Source: Clostridia bacterium (lineage in GTDB: Bacteria; Bacillota; Sulfobacillia; RBS10-35; JAJYVM01). From it: a stretch of DNA of 41,411 bases. Below the pieces are notes generated by a model, which did no database searches, was not told where the DNA came from, and worked only from the letters and a program-made list of their open reading frames with translations. How positions within the stretch are numbered: the first letter of the stretch is position 1; every line of letters begins with the position of its first letter. Of this stretch, positions 1 through 7,800 are shown one piece after another. The translations under genes were made by a program, and so were the position numbers. The DNA lies in contig DAHVAF010000260.1 in assembly GCA_027314765.1 (NCBI GenBank), forward strand, positions 1 to 41,411, given 5' to 3'.

Positions 1-11
1 CCCGCCGCGGC

Positions 12-158
12 GGAAGTAGGCCAGCCCGGCGCGGCTCCACGGGGAACGGCGGCGCGACCACGCGGAGCCCGCCATGCGCCATCAGCACTCACACTGCGCG
101 TCGCCGGAGGATGCCGCGTCCGCGGCGGTGGAAGTAGGCCAGCCCGGCGCGGGTCCAC
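12..158. repeat. Direct repeat, two copies about 29 bp long and 118 bp apart
   Basis: GGAAGTAGGCCAGCCCGGCGCGG at 12-34 and 130-152, each followed by (C/G)TCCAC. Confidence 0.75.
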
Positions 159-274
159 GAGCGGCGGGGAGGCGGAGATCCCTACCATTGCCGCTCGCAT
201 GCGCGCGGGGCAGACCCGCGCGCACCATCCCGGGGGAAGGAGGCCCCGGCCGCCTGCGCGAAGGCTCCACTGCC

Positions 275-1142
275 ATGCACGGGCAACCATTCCCCAAGTT
301 GGGCTCGCAGGGCGCCATTGGCGCCATTGGCGCCTTGCGCCTGAGCAGCCGCATCCTGATGGGGAGCATGCACCTGGGCCGCGAGGGCCCCGGGGCCCTC
401 GCGGCTCCCCTCAGCCGGTTCTACGAGGAGCGGGTCCACGGCGGAGCCGCGATGATCATCACGGGTGGCGTCGCGGTTTCCCGCGAGGGCGGCGGCGACC
501 ACTACTTCGTCATCACGGCGGCGGAGCAGCGCCGGATCCTGGGTGGAGTTGTCGCGTCGGTCCACGCCGCCGGCGGCAGGATCGCCATGCAGCTCTTCCA
601 TGCCGGCCGCTACACGCGCGCGTCCGAGACCGGGCTCCAGCCTGTCTCGGCGTCTGCCGTGCCTTCCCCGATCTTTCCGGATGCGCCACGGGCCCTCAGC
701 GCCGATGAGGTGGCAGCAGTCGTCCAAGCGTTCGCCCAGGCGGGCCGCTGGGCGGCCGAGCTCGGCTTCGACGCCGTGGAGGTGATGGGAATGGCGTGAC
801 GTGGCGCCGCCGGCGCGGCGCCCCGTCACCCTTCTCCGGAGAGGCGCCCGCGTCGGCGAGCGCCTGGGCCGCACCACGTGCTGGGCCCTGATGGCGGCGC
901 TGCGGCGGCGGGGCGTGGCCATGCGTACGGGGGTGGCCTGCGTGGCGATCGAGCCGGAGGGGGTGCGCCTCGCCGGCGGCGAGCTGATCCCGGCCGACAC
1001 CGTCGTCTTGGCCTGCGGCCAGGAGCCCGTGGCCCCGTACGACGGGCACCTCATCGGCGGCGCGCGCACGCCTGTCGAGCTCGACGCGCGTCGGGCCATC
1101 GAGGAGGGCGCCCGCCTCGGCGGCTCCCTCTGTGGGGGGTGA
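275..1142 (+). pseudogene. fadH: 2,4-dienoyl-CoA reductase (FadH-like), internally deleted and frameshifted
   Basis: 275-799 encodes the OYE-barrel N-terminus (RILMGSMH, QLFHAGRY, GFDAVEVMG) and stops where SEGYL is expected. A second frame from ~789-1142 encodes the FadH C-terminus (LGRTTCW, DTVVLACGQEP, HLIGG, ELDARRAI). The middle several hundred residues are absent. Confidence 0.8.
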
Positions 1143-2148
1143 TCCGGTTGAGGTCAGCAGCCCCGCGGGCGGCGTCGGCATCCTGGGACTGGGGGCCGTT
1201 CTGCCGGAGCATGCCGTCAGCCACGACGAGCTGGCCCAGCGCCTGGACACCAGCGACGAGTGGATCCGGACGCGGACCGGGATCGCCGAGCGGCGGTACG
1301 CGGCCGCTGAGGTGGCCACGTCCGATCTGGCGGTGGCCGCGGCACGCGCCGCTCTGGCCGACGCGGGCCTGACGGCCGGCCAGCTCGACTGGGTCATCTG
1401 CGCCACGACATCGCCCGACAACCCCTTCCCCGCCACGGCATCGCGCGTGCAGGCCGCGCTCGGGGCACGGCATGCCGCCGCCTTCGACCTGATGGCCTGC
1501 TGCTCCGGGTGGCTACATGGCGTGGCCCTGCTGCAGGGGCTGATCCGCGCGGGCTCCTGCCACCACGGCCTCATCGTCGGCGCCGAGGTGCTGAGCCGCA
1601 TCATCAACTGGCAGGACCGCTCGACGGCCGTCCTGGTCGGGGACGGGGCCGGGGCGGCGGTTCTCGGGCCCGTCGCGGAAGGCGCCGGCATCCTGTCCGT
1701 TCTGGCCGGATCCGACGGCGACGGCTACGAGCACATCATCATGCCGGCGGGCGGCAGCCGCATGCCCGCGACCGCCGAGACCGCGCAGGCGGGGCTCAAC
1801 GCCTTCCATATGAATGGCCGCGACGTGTTCAAGTGGGCGGTGCGCCAGGTGCCGGAGGCCGCGGAGCGGGCCCTGGAGCTGGCCGGACTCAGGGTGGGGG
1901 ACATCGATCTCTTCGTCCCCCACCAGGCCAACCTGCGCATCATCGACGCCGCCGTGGAGCGGCTGGGCATCCCGGCGGGGCGGACCTGGGTCAACATCCA
2001 GCGATACGGCAACATTTCTGCCGCGTGCATCCCGGTCGGCCTCTGCGAGGCCCGGGCGGAGGGGCGCCTGAAGGCCGGCGACCGGCTGCTGACCGTTGCG
2101 TTCGGCGGTGGCCTCACCTGGGCGGCCGCCGTGATGCACTGGATCTGA
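1132..2148 (+). CDS. fabH: 3-oxoacyl-ACP synthase III; start uncertain and possibly frameshifted near 1172
   Basis: DTSDEWIRTRTGI, AFDLMACCSG (catalytic Cys), VPHQAN (His), YGNISAA (Asn), FGGGLTW. Confidence 0.93.
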   Translation: MGGDPVEVSSPAGGVGILGLGAVLPEHAVSHDELAQRLDTSDEWIRTRTGIAERRYAAAEVATSDLAVAAARAALADAGLTAGQLDWVICATTSPDNPFPATASRVQAALGARHAAAFDLMACCSGWLHGVALLQGLIRAGSCHHGLIVGAEVLSRIINWQDRSTAVLVGDGAGAAVLGPVAEGAGILSVLAGSDGDGYEHIIMPAGGSRMPATAETAQAGLNAFHMNGRDVFKWAVRQVPEAAERALELAGLRVGDIDLFVPHQANLRIIDAAVERLGIPAGRTWVNIQRYGNISAACIPVGLCEARAEGRLKAGDRLLTVAFGGGLTWAAAVMHWI

Positions 2149-2172
2149 GATGCTCGTCTCCCGTGGTTTGCG

Positions 2173-2201
2173 TTGGCAATGACCGAGGCTTCGGCTAGAA
2201 T
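2173..2201 (+). promoter_or_regulatory. Sigma-A-type promoter for the HMGR-like/diiron operon
   Basis: TTGGCA-N17-TAGAAT, with RBS GGAGGTG at 2221-2227 before GTG 2233. Confidence 0.65.
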
Positions 2202-2232
2202 CAGTTGATGGTCCACCGGCGGAGGTGAACGC

Positions 2233-3597
2233 GTGGCGGTGGGACGCACCTGGCCCCATAAGAACGGTCCGGCCGACGTGCGGGCGCGGCGGGATACGCT
2301 CCGTAGCTTGCCCGGCTGGTCCGCCGCCGATGACTTTATCTTCGACTGGCCGGTGGAGCCGGCGCCGTTTCTGGCCATGCAGGAGTGCACGGTCGGGTAT
2401 GTGGCGCTGCCGGTGGCGGTCGTCGGCCCCATGCCGCTGGAAATGGGCCGTTACGAGACGGAGCCGGACGGCGAGCTGCGCGAGGTGGGCCGCACGGCGG
2501 ACCAGGTCTACGTGCCGCTCGCCCACACCGAGGGCAGCCTATCCATGTCGGTTCTGCGCGGCGTCAACGCCACCAGGCCGCGGGGGATCCGGACGTATGT
2601 CCTCGCCGACGGAATCACCCGCGACTGCTGCTTCGTATTTGGCGACAGCGCGCAGGCGCTGTCGCTCGCAAACTGGCTGCGCGGGCGCGAAGCCGAGATG
2701 CAGGCGTGGCTTGACCACCCCGATAACGGCTTCGGGCGGCCGTCCGGGGCCGTGGCGCCCATCAGCCGGCACGCGCGGCTGCGCCGGCTCGGGACGTTCG
2801 TCGTCGGCGCCATGTGCCACGTGCTGCTGCGGTTCACGACCGGCGACGCCTGCGGACCGAACATGATCACGCGCAACGCCTTTGCGCTCGCCCACGGGTT
2901 CATCGTGGAGCGCTTCTGCGCGCAGACCGGCATCCGGCCCCAGCGCTTCGCCCTCGAGGCGAACATGGGCGGCGACAAGAAGCCGAGCTTTCAGTACTTC
3001 CATGAGGGCCACGGCAAGACGGTGCTCGCCGAGGCCGTCATCGACGCGCCGACGCTGCGGCGGGTGCTGCGCGTGCGGCCGCACGACCTCATGGAGCTCC
3101 AGACGCTTGGGCTGCACGGCAGCCACGCGAGCGGCATGCAGTCCTTCGCGTTCACGCCCGCCTCGGCCGTGGCGGCCGTGTTCGCGGCCACCGGCCAGGA
3201 CCTCGGCATGGTGGGCACCAGCAGCATGGCGCACGGCACCGTGCAGGCCGTCGAGGTGGACGGGGTGCCGGCCGTCCATTTCAGCCTGCGGCTCTCGGGT
3301 CTGGAGGTCGGCACGATCGGGGGCGGCACGCACCTGCCGCACGTGCGGGCCTATCTGCGGATGCTGGGCTGCGACGGCGCGGGCCGGGTGCATCGCTTCG
3401 CGCAGATCATCGTGGCCACGGCGCTCTGCCTGGAGATCTCGGCCGGAGCGGCCATGGCCACAGACGATAGCCGCAACTTTTACGAGGCCCATCTCGAGCG
3501 AGGAGGATTGCGCCTGGAACAGGCGGAATCAGCCCTTTCGGGCAATGGCGGCCCCATGGCTGCACGAGCGCCGCGGGAGAGGAGGGCGAAGGTTTGA
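2233..3597 (+). CDS. Divergent class I HMG-CoA reductase-fold acyl-CoA reductase
   Basis: YVPLAHTEG (cf. PLATTEG), DGITR, TTGDACGPNM (cf. DAMGMNM), NMGGDKKPS (cis-loop), ATGQD, VGTIGGGT and a C-terminal His. Confidence 0.85.
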   Translation: MAVGRTWPHKNGPADVRARRDTLRSLPGWSAADDFIFDWPVEPAPFLAMQECTVGYVALPVAVVGPMPLEMGRYETEPDGELREVGRTADQVYVPLAHTEGSLSMSVLRGVNATRPRGIRTYVLADGITRDCCFVFGDSAQALSLANWLRGREAEMQAWLDHPDNGFGRPSGAVAPISRHARLRRLGTFVVGAMCHVLLRFTTGDACGPNMITRNAFALAHGFIVERFCAQTGIRPQRFALEANMGGDKKPSFQYFHEGHGKTVLAEAVIDAPTLRRVLRVRPHDLMELQTLGLHGSHASGMQSFAFTPASAVAAVFAATGQDLGMVGTSSMAHGTVQAVEVDGVPAVHFSLRLSGLEVGTIGGGTHLPHVRAYLRMLGCDGAGRVHRFAQIIVATALCLEISAGAAMATDDSRNFYEAHLERGGLRLEQAESALSGNGGPMAARAPRERRAKV

Positions 3598-4619
3598 TTC
3601 AGATCATGCCGAAGGTGGACCGGCAGGACCTCTTCATCCGGCTGTTTCACAAGGCGGTCGGCAGCCAGTGGTCGTCAGACGACGTCGACTGGGAGGCGCC
3701 GCTCGGGCTGGAGCCGCGCCAGGCCGTCGCCCTGACCCGCGTGCTGACGCCAGTGTACCTCGGTGAGCAGACGGCGATGCTGGGTGCATCGGCCGCGCTG
3801 CCCCAGCTGGCGGCCGCCGGGCAGACCTCGGCCCAGCTTTACCTAGCGACCTTTCTGATGGACGAGGCGCGCCATTTCGAGGCGCTGACGCAGCTGTACC
3901 AGCGGCTGAACCACAACCCCGTCTCCATCCGCGAGGTCCCGGAGATGCTGCGCTACCACCACCGGCTGCGCCAGGGTGACCGCATCGACTGGCTCTGGGG
4001 CATCCTGATCTCCGACCTTTTCGCGCGCCAGTTCTACTTCGGCTTCGCCAAGGTCCAGCCGGCGGCGCTGTTCGGACAGATGTCGGCGAGGATCCTGGTC
4101 GACGAGTCGCGCCATCAGGCGTTTGCCCACACGTACCTGAAGCAGGCGATGCCGAGCCTGCCGCCCGAGCGGCGGCAGGGGCTGCGCGACATGCAGTCCG
4201 AGTTGCTGCGCACCATGGAGGCCATCAACCAGCGGCTGCACGACGACACCGAGGCCCTCGGCCTGGACGGCCACGCCTTCATCGGTGAGCTCATCGCCCA
4301 GATTGAGGCGCACAGCAAGAGCATCGGCCTGTATGACGACGACGCCGAGGGCGGGGGGACCGGGTCGGGCAACCATGCCGCCTGGGCCCGCCTGATCGAG
4401 CGCAAGCGCGCGATCTCGCTGCGGTCCGGGGGCCTTGTGTGGCCGCGCACCGACGCGGTGGCCCTTGACCCGGAGGAGCGGGAGGATCTCGCGCGGGGCA
4501 AGGCGTCGCGGCGGCGCTACCATTACTTCGATCTGCACGGGCTGGCGCGGGACTGCGGGCAGTGCGTGATCGCGCTGCTCTGCCGCAGCCGCGCCGTGCA
4601 GGCCGGCTGCACGATCTAG
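3594..4619 (+). CDS. Ferritin-like diiron enzyme (AurF/R2/decarbonylase-like) with C-terminal Cys-cluster extension
   Basis: QW..DDVDW, GEQTA, DEARH, ISD and DESRH carboxylate/His pattern; tail CGQCVIALLC-x8-C; TTGA overlap with the upstream gene and RBS GGAGAGGAGGG. Confidence 0.8.
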   Translation: MIQIMPKVDRQDLFIRLFHKAVGSQWSSDDVDWEAPLGLEPRQAVALTRVLTPVYLGEQTAMLGASAALPQLAAAGQTSAQLYLATFLMDEARHFEALTQLYQRLNHNPVSIREVPEMLRYHHRLRQGDRIDWLWGILISDLFARQFYFGFAKVQPAALFGQMSARILVDESRHQAFAHTYLKQAMPSLPPERRQGLRDMQSELLRTMEAINQRLHDDTEALGLDGHAFIGELIAQIEAHSKSIGLYDDDAEGGGTGSGNHAAWARLIERKRAISLRSGGLVWPRTDAVALDPEEREDLARGKASRRRYHYFDLHGLARDCGQCVIALLCRSRAVQAGCTI

Positions 4620-4637
4620 TCGCTGGGACTTGGACCC

Positions 4638-4678
4638 GACGCCAAGGGCCGCCCGCCATCGGGCGGCCCTTGGTGTTT
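4638..4678 (+). terminator. Long hairpin, probable intrinsic terminator
   Basis: GACGCCAAGGGCCGCCCG / CGGGCGGCCCTTGGTGTT with a 4-nt loop and only a short T run. Confidence 0.65.
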
Positions 4679-4934
4679 CGGCCACGGGCCGGCGCGTGCC
4701 GGCGGCGGCACCGTCCGGCCGCACGGGAGCCATGGGCTCGTGACCAAACGTCGCCATGCGGGTGGCGACCGGCGCAGGGCAGCCGCTGAGGCAATATACC
4801 TGGGCGGTGGGCGCGGCCAGGGAAGCCGTGCGCCGGCCCGGACAGGCCGCGCGCGCCCGAAGGAAATAGGGTGGGGGCATCAGAGGCCCTGCCCACGGAA
4901 GACGATACCGTGCAAGGGCGCGCGGAGGCGCCGG

Positions 4935-4943
4935 TGTTATACT
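4935..4943 (+). promoter_or_regulatory. Extended -10 promoter element for topA
   Basis: TGTTATACT (TGn-TATACT) with no clear -35. Confidence 0.5.
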
Positions 4944-4968
4944 GGCCGGCAGTGAGGTAGGGATCGTT

Positions 4969-7800
4969 CTGAGCAGAGGTTTGCTGATCGTCGAGTCGCC
5001 CGCCAAGGCCAAGACGATTGAGAAGTTTCTCGGGCGCCGCTACGCGGTGGCGGCGTCGATGGGGCATGTGCGCGACCTGCCGCGCAGCCAGCTCGGCGTC
5101 GACGCGGAGCAGGGCTTTGAGCCCCGCTACATCACCATCCGGGGCAAGGGGCCCGTGCTGGCCGAGCTGCGCGAGCGCGTGAAGAAGGCCGACCGCGTGC
5201 TGCTTGCGACCGACCCCGACCGCGAGGGCGAGGCGATCTCCTGGCATCTGTGCCAGGCGCTCGGGCTGCCGGAGGCCGGGGCGGTGCGCATCACCTTCCA
5301 CGAGATCACCAAGGAGGCCGTGCAGCGGGCGCTGGCCGCCCCGCGGCCCATCGACCACCAGCTGGTGCTGGCGCAGCAGGCGCGCCGGGTGCTGGACCGC
5401 CTCGTCGGCTACAAGCTCAGCCCGCTGCTCTGGAAGAAGGTGCGCGGCGGGCTGTCGGCCGGGCGCGTGCAGTCGGTCGCGGTGCGGCTGATCGTCGACC
5501 GCGAGCAGGAGCGGCAGGCCTTTCAGCCCGAGGAGTACTGGTCGCTGACGGCGCGGCTCAGCCCGGACGGCGACCGGCCGGCCGTGTTTCCCGCCCGCTA
5601 CCACGGGGTCGGCGGCCAGCGCGTCGAGCTGAAGAGCAAGGCACAGGTCGACGGCATCATGGCCGAGGTGGAGCGTGGAGGCCGGGTGCTGCGCGTGGCG
5701 CGCGTGGCGCGTCGTGAGCGGCGCCGCAATCCGGCGCCGCCCTTTACGACCGCCTCCCTTCAGCAGGAAGCCTCGCGGAAGCTGGGCTTCGGGGTCGCAC
5801 GCACCATGCGGGTGGCGCAGCAGCTCTACGAGGGGCTCGCGGTCGGCGGCCAGCACGTCGGCCTGGTGTCGTACATCCGCACGGACTCCGTCCGGGTGGC
5901 GGAGCAGGCGCAGGGCGAGGCGGCCGAGTACGTCAAGGGGCGGTGGGGCGAGGCGTTCGCGTTTCCGCGCCAGGGAAGCGCGCGGGCGGGGGCGCAGGAC
6001 GCGCACGAGGCCATCCGGCCGACGTCCGTCATGCGGACGCCCGAGTCGCTGGGCAGCGCGCTGTCGCGCGACCAGGCCCGGCTCTACCGGCTGATCTGGG
6101 AGCGCTTCTTGGCCAGCCAGATGGCGGCGGCGGTGTACGACACCGTGACGGCGGACGTGGTGGCGGGCGGCGCCGATGCGCCGGCGGGGGCGGTGGCGGA
6201 CGACGCCCATGTCTTCCGGGCCACGGGTTCGACCATCAAGTTCGCCGGGTTCATGACCGTGTACGTCGAGGGCCGCGACGAGCGGCCGGCGGCGGGTACG
6301 GCGGAGGCCGCGGAGGCGGAGGAAGAGGAGGAGCACGTGCTGCCGGAGCTGGTGCCGGGACAGGCCGTGCGCCTGCTGGACCTGGAGCCGCAGCAGCACT
6401 TCACCGAGCCGCCGCCGCGCTACACCGAGGCCATGCTGGTGCGGGCGCTGGAGGAGAAGGGGATCGGGCGGCCGAGCACCTACGCGCCCATCATCGAGAC
6501 CATCCAGCAGCGCGGCTACGTGGGCAAGGAGGACCGGCGGCTGATGCCGACGGAGCTCGGCGTCGTCGTCACCGAGCTTTTGAAGGAGTACTTCCCAAGC
6601 GTCGTGGACGTGGCGTTCACGGCGGAGATGGAGAGCGAGCTCGACTCCGTGGAGTCCGGGGAGCGGAACTGGCAGCGGGTCGTGGGCGACTTCTACGAGC
6701 CGTTCGCCGGTATGCTGGCGCGGGCCGAGGAGGGGATCGGCAAGGTCGAGCTGGCCGAGGACCAGGTCACCGACGAGGTCTGCGAGGTGTGCGGGCGGCC
6801 GATGGCCGTGCGCCACGGGCGGTTTGGGCCGTTCCTGGCCTGCACCGGCTATCCCGAGTGCAACCACACCAAGCCCATCCTGCAGAAGACGGGTGTGCAG
6901 TGTCCGCGCTGCGGCGGCGACCTGGTCGCGCGGCGCAGCCGGCGGGGGCGGACCTTTTACGGGTGCTCCCGGTACCCCGAGTGCGACTTCGTGGCGTGGC
7001 AGCGGCCGGTTGGCCTCTGCCCGGTCTGCGGCGACCTGATGGTGGAGCGCCGCGGGCGCGAGGGCACGCGCTGGGCGCAGTGCCTGAACGCCGCCTGCGA
7101 CCATCGCGAGGGCATCGACGGCGAATCGGTGGTCGTCCCCGTGGGCGCCACCGGCACCCACGGGGACGAGTCGGCCGGGGCGGCTGGCGCGAACGGCGCC
7201 AGCGGCGTCCGGGCAGCCGCGGGCAGCGATGGCGGGAGCCATGGCACGCGCGGGACGGCGGGGTCCAGGGGAACGACGGCAGGGACGGGGCGCAGGCCAG
7301 GTGGCGCCGGGCGGGCGAGGGCCGCGGGCGGGGCAGGGCGGTCGGCTGCAGGCGTAGCGCCTCGGCGGTCTGGCAGTGGACGGCCGGCAGGCGGGCCCGG
7401 GGCGCGCAAAGCCGGTGGCGCGGCGGCCCGGAGCGCGGGAAATGGCACCGCGAGTGGCGGGCGGGCTGGGAGGGTGGCAGCAAAGCCGGGGGCACCTGCG
7501 GCGCAACCGTCGGCCAACGGGGCGGCCAGCGGCGGAGGCGCGAGCCAGAAGCGGGCCACGGGCACTGGAGCCACCTCCGGCGGTGCGACGGCGCGGCGTA
7601 CGGCCAAGACGGGGGCCACCGGCGGGCGCGCGCGGACCGGGGCGCGGGCGGCCGCGGCCGGTTCCGGCACCAGGGGCAAGGCCGTGCGCAAGCCCGCGGC
7701 ACGGAGCCGGAGCACCAGGGCGGGAACGCGCTCGGCGATGCGGCCGGGCAGCTCCACAGGCCGGCGCCGGGCCAAGCCGGGCGACGCCCCGCAGGCATGA
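4969..7800 (+). CDS. topA: DNA topoisomerase I with Zn ribbons and a long basic low-complexity tail; start CTG 4969 or TTG 4981
   Basis: IVESPAKAKTI, ATDPDREGEAI, SAGRVQS, SYIRTDS (catalytic Tyr), GIGRPSTY and three Cys4 ribbons. Confidence 0.97.
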   Translation: MSRGLLIVESPAKAKTIEKFLGRRYAVAASMGHVRDLPRSQLGVDAEQGFEPRYITIRGKGPVLAELRERVKKADRVLLATDPDREGEAISWHLCQALGLPEAGAVRITFHEITKEAVQRALAAPRPIDHQLVLAQQARRVLDRLVGYKLSPLLWKKVRGGLSAGRVQSVAVRLIVDREQERQAFQPEEYWSLTARLSPDGDRPAVFPARYHGVGGQRVELKSKAQVDGIMAEVERGGRVLRVARVARRERRRNPAPPFTTASLQQEASRKLGFGVARTMRVAQQLYEGLAVGGQHVGLVSYIRTDSVRVAEQAQGEAAEYVKGRWGEAFAFPRQGSARAGAQDAHEAIRPTSVMRTPESLGSALSRDQARLYRLIWERFLASQMAAAVYDTVTADVVAGGADAPAGAVADDAHVFRATGSTIKFAGFMTVYVEGRDERPAAGTAEAAEAEEEEEHVLPELVPGQAVRLLDLEPQQHFTEPPPRYTEAMLVRALEEKGIGRPSTYAPIIETIQQRGYVGKEDRRLMPTELGVVVTELLKEYFPSVVDVAFTAEMESELDSVESGERNWQRVVGDFYEPFAGMLARAEEGIGKVELAEDQVTDEVCEVCGRPMAVRHGRFGPFLACTGYPECNHTKPILQKTGVQCPRCGGDLVARRSRRGRTFYGCSRYPECDFVAWQRPVGLCPVCGDLMVERRGREGTRWAQCLNAACDHREGIDGESVVVPVGATGTHGDESAGAAGANGASGVRAAAGSDGGSHGTRGTAGSRGTTAGTGRRPGGAGRARAAGGAGRSAAGVAPRRSGSGRPAGGPGARKAGGAAARSAGNGTASGGRAGRVAAKPGAPAAQPSANGAASGGGASQKRATGTGATSGGATARRTAKTGATGGRARTGARAAAAGSGTRGKAVRKPAARSRSTRAGTRSAMRPGSSTGRRRAKPGDAPQA

